This document shows positions 47,069 to 56,811 of a stretch of DNA of 64,000 bases, piece after piece (the first letter of the stretch is position 1; the number at the start of each line of letters is the position of its first letter). This DNA is from an uncultured Bacteroidales bacterium (GTDB lineage: Bacteria; Bacteroidota; Bacteroidia; Bacteroidales; VadinHA17), in the NCBI GenBank assembly GCA_963732435.1, contig CAVSZL010000006.1, positions 402,579 to 466,578 on the forward strand. Direction: 5' to 3'. Under the pieces are notes generated by a model. It saw nothing but the letters and a program-made list of their open reading frames with translations, made no database searches and was not told the DNA's origin. A program made the translations under genes and the position numbers.

Positions 47069-49527
47069 TCAAACGAAATTACTTTAGGATTCTTTACCTT
47101 CTGCTTAAGCAAAGATAGTTCAAGGACTTCCATTATTGATTCAACATAATGAAACTTTAATCCCTTTATATAAATCTCCTTAATACTCTCAACATCTTTT
47201 CTGTTATCAGCTGAAACTATTATCTCCTTGATACTTGCACGCTTAGCTGCAAGAATTTTCTCCTTTATACCTCCAACAGGCAATACTTTTCCCCTAAGTG
47301 TGATCTCACCTGTCATTGCCAGAAATTTCTTAACTTTTCGCTGTGTAAAGGCAGATGCAATAGAAGCAGCCATTGTTATACCTGCAGATGGACCGTCTTT
47401 TGGGATTGCTCCCTCAGGAACATGTATATGGATATTCCACTTATCAGAAAAGCTATCAGGCAGCGCAAGCATATCTGCATTTGATTTGAGGTATTCAAGA
47501 GCAATTACTGCCGATTCTTTCATCACATCTCCCAGATTTCCGGTCAGAGTCAGCTTGCCGGTTCCTTTGCTCAGACTTGTTTCCACGAACAATATTTCAC
47601 CACCTGCAGTGGTCCATGCAAGCCCTGTAACAACACCGGCCTGATCATTTCCTGAATAAATGTCACGGTTATACTTAGGAGGTCCAAGCATTTCAGTCAA
47701 AGCCGGCTGAGTGACTGTCACATCATATTTTGTCTCTGAAGCAATGTTTTTCGCCGTAACTCTAACAATCTTTGCAAGTCGTTTATCGAGTTCCCTTACA
47801 CCTGATTCTCTTGTGTATTTTTCGATTATTGTTTCGATCACTTTATTATCAACTGTAATCTGATCGGAAGTTACACCGTGATTCTCAAGTTGTTTTGGCA
47901 ACAGATGACGTTTGGCTATTTCTAGTTTTTCTTCAACTATATAGCCCGTTATTTCGATTAATTCCATTCTGTCACGCAAGGCAGGACTAATAGTCCCAAG
48001 GTTGTTGGCAGTAGCGATGAACAGCACTTTTGACAGATCATACTCCATCTCAAGGAAGTTATCAAAAAAAGTCCCGTTCTGCTCCGGATCAAGAACTTCA
48101 AGCAAGGCAGAAGAAGGATCACCCCTGAAGTCCTGTCCTACTTTATCAATTTCATCCAGTATAAAAACAGGATTCGAGGAACCGGCTCTCTTAATATTCT
48201 GTATGATTCTTCCGGGCATTGCTCCAATATATGTTTTTCTGTGTCCCCTGATTTCGGCTTCATCGTGCAATCCACCAAGTGACATTCTGACATATTTTCT
48301 ATCAAGTGCCTTTGCCACAGATCTGCCCAGCGAAGTTTTACCTACTCCGGGAGGACCATACAGGCAAAGTATGGGTGATTTCAGATCGCCTTTAAGTTTT
48401 AATACAGCAAGATGTTCAAGAATTCTCTCCTTAACTTCATCAAGTCCAAAGTGATCCCAGTCCAGAACATTTCTGGCATTTTTCAGATCGAGATTATCCT
48501 GCGAATAATAATTCCATGGCAGATCCAGCAGGGTCTGAATATAATTTACCTGCACCGAATACTCGGCAGCTGCCGGATTAAGACGATGGAGCTTATCAAG
48601 TTCTTTATTAAAAACTTTTTTTACATCCTCGCTCCATAATTTTTCTCCTCCTTTTTTCCGGTACTCCTCAATTTCTTTTTCAACGGGGTTGCCTCCAAGT
48701 TCATTCTGAATAGTCTTCATCTGCTGATGAAGTAAAAATTCCCTTTGCTGCTGATCAAGATCGCTTTTAACTTTTGACTGCAATTCATTTTTAAGTTCAA
48801 GGACCTGAATCTCCTGAACAAGGAATTCCAGAAGCATAAATCCCCTGTCCCTTAAACTGTTAACTTCGAGAAGCTTTTGCTTATCCTGAACTTTAACATC
48901 AGTATTGGAACAGATAAAATTTATAAGGTATGTATTATTCTCTATGTTTTTTATTGCAAATGAGGCTTCAGGGCTAATGTTTGGATTTATCTTTATTATC
49001 TTAAGAGAGAGATCTTTCAGAGATCCAACTATTGCATCAAAATCTTTACTTAAACCGTCTGGTTTTACTTCAGGAATAGATCGAACTTTTGCCAAAAAGT
49101 ACGGGTCATCGGAAACAAGCTCCTGTAAAACCATTCTTTTTCGACCCTGAATGATTGCAGTTGTTGAGCCATCAGGCATCTCGAGCAGCTTAACTATCTG
49201 TCCGATTGTTCCGACAGAGTGAAGGTCCTGGAATTCAGGATTCTCAATATCCGGATCTTTTTGAGCAACTGTACCAACTATTTTGCTGTTCCTGTAAGCA
49301 TCCTTTATAAGTTGAATTGACCTTGGTCGTCCAATAGAGATGGGAAGGACAACCCCGGGGAAAAGCACTGTGTTCCTGAGCGAGAGTATTGGAATAGAAT
49401 CAGGAACCTCAACCTCCTCAAGCTCACCATCATCACCATCGGCAATAATAGGAATAATATCTCCCTCTCCATCCAGAATTTCCGGAAATAATATCTCTCT
49501 CACTGGTTTACTGAATTTCTTTTCCAT
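47065..49527 (-). CDS. lon: ATP-dependent Lon protease
   Basis: LAN domain, Walker A 'GPPGVGKTS', and protease Ser in 'PKDGPSAGITMA'. 820 aa. Confidence 0.95.
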   Translation of the reverse strand: MEKKFSKPVREILFPEILDGEGDIIPIIADGDDGELEEVEVPDSIPILSLRNTVLFPGVVLPISIGRPRSIQLIKDAYRNSKIVGTVAQKDPDIENPEFQDLHSVGTIGQIVKLLEMPDGSTTAIIQGRKRMVLQELVSDDPYFLAKVRSIPEVKPDGLSKDFDAIVGSLKDLSLKIIKINPNISPEASFAIKNIENNTYLINFICSNTDVKVQDKQKLLEVNSLRDRGFMLLEFLVQEIQVLELKNELQSKVKSDLDQQQREFLLHQQMKTIQNELGGNPVEKEIEEYRKKGGEKLWSEDVKKVFNKELDKLHRLNPAAAEYSVQVNYIQTLLDLPWNYYSQDNLDLKNARNVLDWDHFGLDEVKERILEHLAVLKLKGDLKSPILCLYGPPGVGKTSLGRSVAKALDRKYVRMSLGGLHDEAEIRGHRKTYIGAMPGRIIQNIKRAGSSNPVFILDEIDKVGQDFRGDPSSALLEVLDPEQNGTFFDNFLEMEYDLSKVLFIATANNLGTISPALRDRMELIEITGYIVEEKLEIAKRHLLPKQLENHGVTSDQITVDNKVIETIIEKYTRESGVRELDKRLAKIVRVTAKNIASETKYDVTVTQPALTEMLGPPKYNRDIYSGNDQAGVVTGLAWTTAGGEILFVETSLSKGTGKLTLTGNLGDVMKESAVIALEYLKSNADMLALPDSFSDKWNIHIHVPEGAIPKDGPSAGITMAASIASAFTQRKVKKFLAMTGEITLRGKVLPVGGIKEKILAAKRASIKEIIVSADNRKDVESIKEIYIKGLKFHYVESIMEVLELSLLKQKVKNPKVISFE

Positions 49528-49576
49528 CTATTTATTATTCACACTCATTATTCTGTCTGTTCAATTGAGATTGCGT

Positions 49577-49584
49577 CAAAATTA
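49577..49584 (-). promoter_or_regulatory. Candidate -7 box TAATTTTG, 49 nt before the lon ATG
   Basis: Exact TAnnTTTG match on the minus strand, downstream of the sigma-54 element. Confidence 0.4.
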
Positions 49585-49619
49585 CATAATATTTTTACAT
49601 CAATCCAGAAAGATGAATA

Positions 49620-49635
49620 AGCAATGATTATGCCA
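49620..49635 (-). promoter_or_regulatory. Sigma-54 (RpoN) -24/-12 promoter TGGCAT-AATCA-TTGCT upstream of lon-coaD
   Basis: The minus strand reads CTCTGGCATAATCATTGCTT. Consensus spacing is preserved. It lies between the rpmE2 terminator and lon. Confidence 0.65.
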
Positions 49636-49644
49636 GAGAATTTT

Positions 49645-49677
49645 ACAAAAACAAAAAGCCCCGTGTGAAGGGGCTTT
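49645..49677 (-). terminator. Intrinsic terminator of rpmE2
   Basis: Minus strand: stem AAAGCCCC / GGGGCTTT with a 7-nt loop, followed by TTTTTGTTTTTGT. Confidence 0.8.
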
Positions 49678-49699
49678 CATATTTCATTTATTCCGGATG

Positions 49700-49963
49700 T
49701 CATTTCTTTTTCCCAACATGATCCTTATAACGGTTCATAAATTTATCAACCCTTCCTGCAGTATCAACCAGTTTCATTTTACCTGTATAAAAAGGATGAG
49801 ATGTATTGGAAATTTCAAGCTTAAGAAGAGGATACTCTTTCCCGTCTTCCCATTTAATGTTCTCCTTGGAAGGTGCTGTTGATTTACTCATAAAGGTAAT
49901 TCCATTTGACATATCCTGAAATACCACAAACCTGTAATTGCTGGGATGAATTCCGTTTTTCAT
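49700..49963 (-). CDS. rpmE2: 50S ribosomal protein L31, type B (no zinc-binding CxxC)
   Basis: '[17 protein letters not shown]...' with a C-terminal 'VDKFMNRY'. 87 aa. Confidence 0.9.
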   Translation of the reverse strand: MKNGIHPSNYRFVVFQDMSNGITFMSKSTAPSKENIKWEDGKEYPLLKLEISNTSHPFYTGKMKLVDTAGRVDKFMNRYKDHVGKKK

Positions 49964-50020
49964 TGCTTTATATTTTTTTTTCCTGTATTATCTAACTAAA
50001 ATACCCCAAATAAGGGTTTG

Positions 50021-50028
50021 CAAAATTA
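50021..50028 (-). promoter_or_regulatory. Candidate -7 box TAATTTTG for rpmE2; a second identical box lies at 50060..50067
   Basis: Two exact TAnnTTTG matches within a direct repeat TGCAAAATTA. They lie 57 and 96 nt before the ATG. Confidence 0.4.
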
Positions 50029-50067
50029 ATTAACATTATTTAAAATACAAAAGGAAATGCAAAATTA

Positions 50068-51291
50068 TTAATTATTGTAAGTCTTCTCTTTCTTAATGTG
50101 ATGTTTTTCAGCCATTTCATCCTTGAACCTTTTAAATTTATTGTTTTTATTTACCAGGTAACGATAGGTTATATGTGTTTTTGATTTCTTAGTCCCCAGG
50201 GCTTCATAAATTGCAATCATTTTGGGGTTATAATCACCAACCCATGAGAGTTCAAGTTCCTTATACCAGTGTTTCTTTTTGAAAACCTCATATAGATGGT
50301 AAAATATTGCAGATTCAACCCCGCTGTTCTGATGCGAAGGATGTACCCCTCCTACAATAGCCCTGAGCCTTGTCATCTTATGAGCAAGCTTAAAATAAGC
50401 AAACTGAATATAGTGCCACAGGTTCAACCGGCCGTTGAAATTCTCAAGAATCTGGTTGAGATCAGGAAATAATATAAAAAAAGAAATTGGTTTATCATTA
50501 TAATATGCGAACCAAATAAGCTCCTCATCAATTATTGGTTTTGCCTTATCAAAAGACTCTTTGAGAAATCCCTGATCAATTGGGGTGAAATCCTCCTTAA
50601 AGACTGACCAGGTCGAATTGTAAATTTCAACGATATCCTTAATATATTTCTCTTTGTTTGCAGTTTCGAAGTGCCGGAAAGAATATCCGGGACGTTTAGA
50701 GAGCCAAGCGGCAATTTTCATTATCCGTTCAGGAAACCTTATTATTGTCCGGTCGGGTCCGCGTAATTCTCTATGATATGAATACTGCTCAAAATAATTC
50801 CTGAAACCATATTGTTCAAAGAAGTTCCTGTAATATCTTTTATTGTATGGCAAACTATAGGTCGGCTTCATGAATCCGTCAACAAGTAATCCCCAGTTAT
50901 TATCATTCTCTCCAAAGTTTATCGGACCATCCACTGCCTCCATTCCCCGTTCTTTTAACCACCCTATGGCAGCATCAAAAAGCATTAATGAAGCTTCTAT
51001 ATCCTCAATAACTTCAAAAAAACCTAACCCTCCGGTAGGCTGGTTGTTTGCTGCAGATCTTACATGGTCGACAAAAGCGGCTATTCTTCCAATTGTGCTT
51101 CCTTTGCTATCTTTCAGAATCCAACGGATCGCTTCACCATGCCGGAATGTATGATTCTTTGTTTTATCAAAAACAGCTTCTATTGACGAATCAAGCGGAC
51201 AAATCCAGAACGGGTCATCTATATATAACCTCTTTGGAAAATCCAAGAATTCCTTTCTGTCTGTATCTGTCTTAACTTCAGTTAGTTGCAT
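50068..51291 (-). CDS. GNAT-like protein of unknown function, paralog of 4187..5356
   Basis: 407 aa, colinear with the first copy (shared blocks listed under that feature). Confidence 0.5.
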   Translation of the reverse strand: MQLTEVKTDTDRKEFLDFPKRLYIDDPFWICPLDSSIEAVFDKTKNHTFRHGEAIRWILKDSKGSTIGRIAAFVDHVRSAANNQPTGGLGFFEVIEDIEASLMLFDAAIGWLKERGMEAVDGPINFGENDNNWGLLVDGFMKPTYSLPYNKRYYRNFFEQYGFRNYFEQYSYHRELRGPDRTIIRFPERIMKIAAWLSKRPGYSFRHFETANKEKYIKDIVEIYNSTWSVFKEDFTPIDQGFLKESFDKAKPIIDEELIWFAYYNDKPISFFILFPDLNQILENFNGRLNLWHYIQFAYFKLAHKMTRLRAIVGGVHPSHQNSGVESAIFYHLYEVFKKKHWYKELELSWVGDYNPKMIAIYEALGTKKSKTHITYRYLVNKNNKFKRFKDEMAEKHHIKKEKTYNN

Positions 51292-51355
51292 GAATTTTTT
51301 ATCTTCTCTCCTTTATCCAGTTCAATTCAAAATGATTCATAATAATAACCGGTTG

Positions 51356-51363
51356 CAAATATA
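51356..51363 (-). promoter_or_regulatory. Candidate -7 box TATATTTG, 64 nt before the GNAT-like paralog ATG
   Basis: Exact TAnnTTTG match on the minus strand. Confidence 0.35.
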
Positions 51364-51464
51364 GAGATATTTTTGTGATAGGAAATATAGAGAACCATGT
51401 CATCCAACCAAGGCAATTGAACAGATAAAAGCAAAAACTTAACATGGATGTTCCAACTATATTT

Positions 51465-53141
51465 CTAATTAACAGTCATATACAAGATTTCCTTTGTGCT
51501 CCATGTGCCAAGTCCCGATGTGTTTAAAGAGATAATAATCCTGAATTTTCCGCTATCGGCTGGCACTCTGAGAATCAGTTCATGTACACCACTATTTTTA
51601 TCCAGTATCTGATATACCGGCAAGCCGGAAATAGCCTCAGAGAGAAGATTTTCATCCTTGTAAACAACTGCTGATATCCTTGTGGTAAAACTTCCTGCAT
51701 CCTTGTAATATTCGAATGGCTTATCAGTCTTTAATACAACCTGCACACTTATAATTTCATTTCTGTTTACAACTCTGTTCCTGACCAAGGCAGATATATT
51801 TATATCATTCATCACGGGAAGTGAATCCAGAATTGTTACCTGATAACCGGTATGAACCGGATTATCGATCTTAATACCATCCCCCAGATAGTTATTAACA
51901 TATGCTACTTTCCTATTCCTGATTGAATCACCGGAATGCCATAAATCAAACTGGTTCCTCCTGCTGTTTAAATTAATGCTTGGAATGTATGAGTTTGTGT
52001 AAAAGGACAATAGTCCGGCCATCTGGTAACTATTCGTAATTATTGGTAAGTTATGACTCCGGGAGAGTACATCCATCGCAAACTCTTTATGTCCCTGCAA
52101 ATCTTTCATACGACTGTTCCTGATGCCAAAAACCTGACTGACTAATTCGATCCTTACAATGAGAATTAAGATGATAACCGGAATAGCCAAATAATAGAAC
52201 CATCTTACCAATTTTGAATATGAAACACTGTATTTCATGAATAATATGAGTAAAGGAATAATTATTGGTAAGGTCCAGTTAACTTCTACTCTGCCTTTCA
52301 ATGATAACAGGAGAAAGAAAGCAGTTATCCCCCATAAATTCCAGACCAGTGCCTTGTCAAATAAATTTGATACTCTAATTCCTGCGGCTATAAAAAGCAT
52401 AAAAAAAGATGTAACCGGTCCATAGTAAAGAACCTGTCCGAGTAAATACTCAGAAGTAAAAGAGAACTCATAATGAGAGGCTGATCGTTCAAACAGATGA
52501 TAAAAAACAGTAACGAAGTTGTTTTTGAACTGCCATAAAATATGAGGCATAAATATCAATAAACCAATTAATAAAGCAAGATAGAATCTGGAGGATCTAA
52601 GTAATTTAAGGTTCGATAGCAGTGTGAAGATCAGAATAAGAACACCCTGATATTTACTATAAAGCAATGTTGCCATAATAAATCCGAGAAGAATGGAGTT
52701 CAAAAGAGTCTCCTTATAAAGAAACCTTTTATAAATGAAGAAAAAGAGAGCTGTGAAAAGAAGAAGCGGACTATCAGGGAGAGCAAGGAAACCTAAAATA
52801 TTTAAACCGAAAATTGATAAAATTGCAGTCAGAAACAGGACAGTATTGAGGGTTTCAGCCATCAGGAAGGTTAGTGCAAGTGCAGCAGAAATTGCAACTA
52901 CCGGGAAAATCCTTACCCCCAGCTCATCTCTGAAAAAAAAAGATCCGCACTTTACCATCAATGCAATCATTGGCGGGTGATCAAAGTACCCGAATTCTAA
53001 CTGTCTGGAAAACAGAAAATAATATGATTCATCGGAGTAGAGCTGGGCAAAATATGCTGAAAGGATATTTACAACGAACCAGATTAAAATGACATGCCAT
53101 AGTCTGAGTCTGATAAGAATATTATTGAAAAAGCCTCTCAT
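51465..53141 (-). CDS. GT-C fold glycosyltransferase, family 39/83-like (ArnT/PMT-like), with a C-terminal periplasmic beta-rich domain (copy A)
   Basis: First-loop motif 'YSDESYYFLFSRQLEFGYFDHPPM', about 11 TM, and a C-terminal soluble domain of roughly 180 aa. Confidence 0.7.
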   Translation of the reverse strand: MRGFFNNILIRLRLWHVILIWFVVNILSAYFAQLYSDESYYFLFSRQLEFGYFDHPPMIALMVKCGSFFFRDELGVRIFPVVAISAALALTFLMAETLNTVLFLTAILSIFGLNILGFLALPDSPLLLFTALFFFIYKRFLYKETLLNSILLGFIMATLLYSKYQGVLILIFTLLSNLKLLRSSRFYLALLIGLLIFMPHILWQFKNNFVTVFYHLFERSASHYEFSFTSEYLLGQVLYYGPVTSFFMLFIAAGIRVSNLFDKALVWNLWGITAFFLLLSLKGRVEVNWTLPIIIPLLILFMKYSVSYSKLVRWFYYLAIPVIILILIVRIELVSQVFGIRNSRMKDLQGHKEFAMDVLSRSHNLPIITNSYQMAGLLSFYTNSYIPSINLNSRRNQFDLWHSGDSIRNRKVAYVNNYLGDGIKIDNPVHTGYQVTILDSLPVMNDINISALVRNRVVNRNEIISVQVVLKTDKPFEYYKDAGSFTTRISAVVYKDENLLSEAISGLPVYQILDKNSGVHELILRVPADSGKFRIIISLNTSGLGTWSTKEILYMTVN

Positions 53142-53148
53142 TACTTAC

Positions 53149-54594
53149 TCAGCGTATCGGAGCTTTCCAATGAATATACAAACCCCTCTCGCCCAAAGCA
53201 TTGAATGAATAATCAAAACGCAAAACCTTATCATAGTATGTTACAAAATCAATACCCACCCCTGCACTGTACATAAGCTCATTAACAAGTGTGTTATTAT
53301 TAATCCTGTATAATCCCTGACGGTCATTAACATATCCTGCATCAAAATAGACATTTGCATAAATTTCAAGAGGGATCTTGTTTATCTGATATGCTTTCCG
53401 GACAGGCCAGAAATTCAGGTTAACAACCTTCTTTGTCAGCAATTCATACTTAAGAAGACTTTTAAAAAGTATTGCCTCATCTCCGTTAACAGCATAATAC
53501 TCATAACCCCTGACAAAGTTTAAATAACCAAGTCCTGTTTGTGAAAAAAAGTCCTTATAGTTATTTGCGTTAGAAGCGAAATAGAAACCTGTGGCAGTAT
53601 AAAACCTTTTGGAAAGCTTCCTGTAATCGGAGTACTGGAAACGAAAATCGGCACCCTTGAATTCTTCTGGCAACAGGCTCAATCCGGTTTTTCTGATGCT
53701 GGCCAATAAAAAATATCCGGTTTTTGGATAGGCTTTTGAGTCTCTGGTATCTCTTGTAAATTCATATTCGAGACTTAAATATTTTTGACGGGTACTGTCG
53801 AGCCCAAAGAAATTGTTATTAAGGTTCACAATTGTATCTGCAATCCTGTCATCAGTATAACCAAAAGTGGCAGAATGGGAGTTAAAGAAAGCTTTCCGGT
53901 AAACGTATTTCAAAGCAAAATCAGTACTTGTCAGCAAGGTCCGGTTAGATTTTAAATTCTGAAGCTTATTGTCCTCAATTCCCCATGGAACATAACTTTG
54001 TTCAGAAAAAGCGGTTTTTAGTGAAAGCAAATGTCGCCCTGTGGGATCTAGATGGATACCTTTATATTCAATCTCATACTTGGTAAAATTTCCCAGTCTG
54101 ATATTAAGCAGCAGGGTTTCTTTCATCCCTCTGAAATTATTTACTTTTACACCAAAACCATATTCAAGTTTATTTAAATCTTTAGTACGCCACCATTCCG
54201 CAAAGTTCAGATCTGTGTGATTCAGATAAAGCGTAGGCCAGATATACCAGCGTTCAATTAATTTAACAGTAATAATAAGAATACCAGGGCTATTATTATC
54301 AATCTCAATTTCAACAAAATTAAACAAAGAAGTTTTAGTGAGGTTATTTATACTTGTCTCCTTAAGATAATCAACCTCTGACCATTTAACATACTCATTT
54401 ACTTTAAAGGCAAGTTCCCTGAATACTATCCTGCTCTTTGTTATACGGTTGCCTTCGATATTAATCATCCCTATCCTGACACTATCTTTACTAACAGGAT
54501 CCTGACTATACACTAATACATCCTGAATAGAAAATAACAGAATCAGATAAAGGATTTTCTTGATAAAACTATATATCAGTGTATGGTTCGGCAA
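53149..54594 (-). CDS. Omp85/BamA-family outer-membrane protein with a single POTRA domain
   Basis: Signal peptide ending 'VYS|QDP', POTRA 'IGMINIEGNRITKSRIVFRELAFKVNEYV', and a beta-barrel-like alternating C-terminal part. The only possible start is TTG, directly after an in-frame stop. Confidence 0.6.
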   Translation of the reverse strand: MPNHTLIYSFIKKILYLILLFSIQDVLVYSQDPVSKDSVRIGMINIEGNRITKSRIVFRELAFKVNEYVKWSEVDYLKETSINNLTKTSLFNFVEIEIDNNSPGILIITVKLIERWYIWPTLYLNHTDLNFAEWWRTKDLNKLEYGFGVKVNNFRGMKETLLLNIRLGNFTKYEIEYKGIHLDPTGRHLLSLKTAFSEQSYVPWGIEDNKLQNLKSNRTLLTSTDFALKYVYRKAFFNSHSATFGYTDDRIADTIVNLNNNFFGLDSTRQKYLSLEYEFTRDTRDSKAYPKTGYFLLASIRKTGLSLLPEEFKGADFRFQYSDYRKLSKRFYTATGFYFASNANNYKDFFSQTGLGYLNFVRGYEYYAVNGDEAILFKSLLKYELLTKKVVNLNFWPVRKAYQINKIPLEIYANVYFDAGYVNDRQGLYRINNNTLVNELMYSAGVGIDFVTYYDKVLRFDYSFNALGERGLYIHWKAPIR

Positions 54595-54622
54595 CTAAAA
54601 AATTTTTGTGAGTATTACAGTA

Positions 54623-54630
54623 CAAAGATA
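54623..54630 (-). promoter_or_regulatory. Candidate -7 box TATCTTTG, 28 nt before the Omp85-like gene start
   Basis: Exact TAnnTTTG match. The octamer is identical to the one upstream of the flippase gene. Confidence 0.4.
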
Positions 54631-54705
54631 GTTTGATTGTCTCTGATAAAAGCTATTTAAAAACGGAAATATTTTTATTATGTTATTCTGTATTAGAATT
54701 ATAAA

Positions 54706-55101
54706 TCAAACGAAAGTAAATAAAAAATTCATTATAAAATTCCAGATAGTAACAATAGCTATGGCAAATAGCTTGGAAAGATAAAAATTTAATTTCATTC
54801 TGTCTGAAAACAGGTAGATAAGAAGATTGTTCAGAGCCAGCCCCACCAATGAGATAATAATGAATGTTATATACTCCTGTGCAATCCTGTCGTTCTGGCT
54901 CTTGAAAGTCCAGAAGTGGTTCCAGATATAATTAGATGTTGCCGCAAGAATAAAACCTGTCGAATTGGCAATGTATTTATTGATTCTGATCTTTTCCTTT
55001 AAAATCCATGTAACACCGAAATCAACAATCATTCCTGAGAATCCGACTGCACAGAACTTAATAAACTTGTAAATTATTAATTCGTTAATCATTATCAACA
55101 A
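54706..55101 (-). CDS. GtrA-family membrane protein (polyprenyl-phosphate-sugar translocation family)
   Basis: 131 aa, four TM. 'KFCAVGFSGMIVDFGV' and 'YIWNHFWTF' are typical of GtrA-like proteins. Confidence 0.75.
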   Translation of the reverse strand: MLIMINELIIYKFIKFCAVGFSGMIVDFGVTWILKEKIRINKYIANSTGFILAATSNYIWNHFWTFKSQNDRIAQEYITFIIISLVGLALNNLLIYLFSDRMKLNFYLSKLFAIAIVTIWNFIMNFLFTFV

Positions 55102-56791
55102 TTTTTAATCTTACAAACTTACTGTTAAAAGTAGGACCTAAAGATGAATTTAATGAAATGCCAAATGAATAATTACCTGACGGAAGAAGTGGCACAATAA
55201 ATTTCACAGTCCGCTGAACAGAAGCTCCCCTGTATAAAATATCTATCTTTTCAGAGAGAGTTGAATTCTGTAAAACCATTTTCTCTTTACCGACAAAAAC
55301 CGGTGTTATCTCAACAGGAAAACGGGAATGGTTAAAGTCCAGATCATAATCGCTCGGATTATTTATAACAATTGATATTCCAACCGAATCTCCGGGATTC
55401 AGAATTTCATTGGGACTATCAAAAATTATTTTAATTCTGTTTGTTGTTTGCAGGGAATCGGTAACATAACCAGTTAGCTTAAATTTACCTTCCTGAAATA
55501 CTCTTGATCCTGTTGTTTCATATCCTGCAAGGAAAACCTTTTTATTCTGGTAGTTCATTTCCTTTTCCCAGATATCATATTGTGTCTGCCTTGAGTTTAA
55601 AGAACTAATTACGAAAGTCTCTTTTCCAGTGAAATAATTATAAAGAGATGGACCCTGAAAAGAACCCAGAAATACAACCGGCAGATTATCTGATTTTAAT
55701 TCAATATATTCATATCTTTCTTCTTTTCCGTTAAATCCCAATTCAGCCACAAACGGAAGGTTTGAGATTAAAAGGATACGAATAATGAACAGGATAAACA
55801 GAGAAGGAAGGATAAACTTGCTTATAAACCGTTTAATAAACTCCAAAGAACATGCTTTCCGGAATAAAAGTATTATCATAGGTATAGAGCATGCAACGGT
55901 CCAGTGAGGTTCAACATGACCTCTAATGGATGTAAGCCAGAAGAAACCCAGAAATCCGGTAATAAGGAAATATAGTGCTTTTTCGAACATATTTTCTGAC
56001 TTGTACCGGACTATGAGAAATAAAACAGCACCAAGAGTGAAAGGATTGAAGACTGCCATTTGATTTGGAATATACTCAATGACGTACCATAACCGGAAAC
56101 CCTCGGACCTGTCAATCAGATGATATTTAAGACTTGGAAAATTATTGCTTATCTGCCAGTAAATATGAGGGCTGAGCAATAACAAAGATAATATACCGGC
56201 CAGCCAGAATTTATATCGTCCCAGGAGTTTTAAGTTTGAAAGCAGAACAAACCCTATTACAAGCACCGACTGATATTTACTATATACGAGTCCAGCCATA
56301 GAAATTGAAAGCACAATTAATGCAGGGAAGCTCTCATTTACCAGGAATTTTTTATAAGCGTATAAGAATAATGCTGTAAAAAACAGAAGCGGGGCATCCG
56401 GTGTGGTAAAAAAACCATAAGCCGTAAACATAGTCAAAGAGTTGGCGATGATAAAAAATAATAGTACATGTGAGGGTTCCGGATCTTTTACATCAATAAT
56501 CTTCCATATAATAATAAGTGAGGCCAGCTGAAGAAACAGAGTCATTAAGCGTATCCCCAGATTCCCGTCGAAGAACAGTGAGCTTAACTTAACAAGAAGT
56601 GCAACCATCGGAGGATGATCGAAATAACCCCATGCCAATATCTTGCCAAACTGATAATAATAAGCCTCATCACTTAATACTTCAGTAAAGATTGACTGCA
56701 CAAAATTTACTAAAAACCACGCAGATAAAAGAGCTATGAAAAGTTTCTTATAATCACGGAAAATCGATCCTATTGAATTAAATACAACCAA
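55085..56791 (-). CDS. GT-C fold glycosyltransferase, family 39/83-like (copy B, paralog of 51465..53141)
   Basis: 'LSDEAYYYQFGKILAWGYFDHPPM'. Shares 'YSKYQxVL...LLSNLKLL', 'PHIxWQxxNNF' and 'NSRxxQxDxW' with copy A. Confidence 0.7.
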   Translation of the reverse strand: MVVFNSIGSIFRDYKKLFIALLSAWFLVNFVQSIFTEVLSDEAYYYQFGKILAWGYFDHPPMVALLVKLSSLFFDGNLGIRLMTLFLQLASLIIIWKIIDVKDPEPSHVLLFFIIANSLTMFTAYGFFTTPDAPLLFFTALFLYAYKKFLVNESFPALIVLSISMAGLVYSKYQSVLVIGFVLLSNLKLLGRYKFWLAGILSLLLLSPHIYWQISNNFPSLKYHLIDRSEGFRLWYVIEYIPNQMAVFNPFTLGAVLFLIVRYKSENMFEKALYFLITGFLGFFWLTSIRGHVEPHWTVACSIPMIILLFRKACSLEFIKRFISKFILPSLFILFIIRILLISNLPFVAELGFNGKEERYEYIELKSDNLPVVFLGSFQGPSLYNYFTGKETFVISSLNSRQTQYDIWEKEMNYQNKKVFLAGYETTGSRVFQEGKFKLTGYVTDSLQTTNRIKIIFDSPNEILNPGDSVGISIVINNPSDYDLDFNHSRFPVEITPVFVGKEKMVLQNSTLSEKIDILYRGASVQRTVKFIVPLLPSGNYSFGISLNSSLGPTFNSKFVRLKIVDND

Positions 56792-56811
56792 AGCTGATTC
56801 AGTTTAATTAG

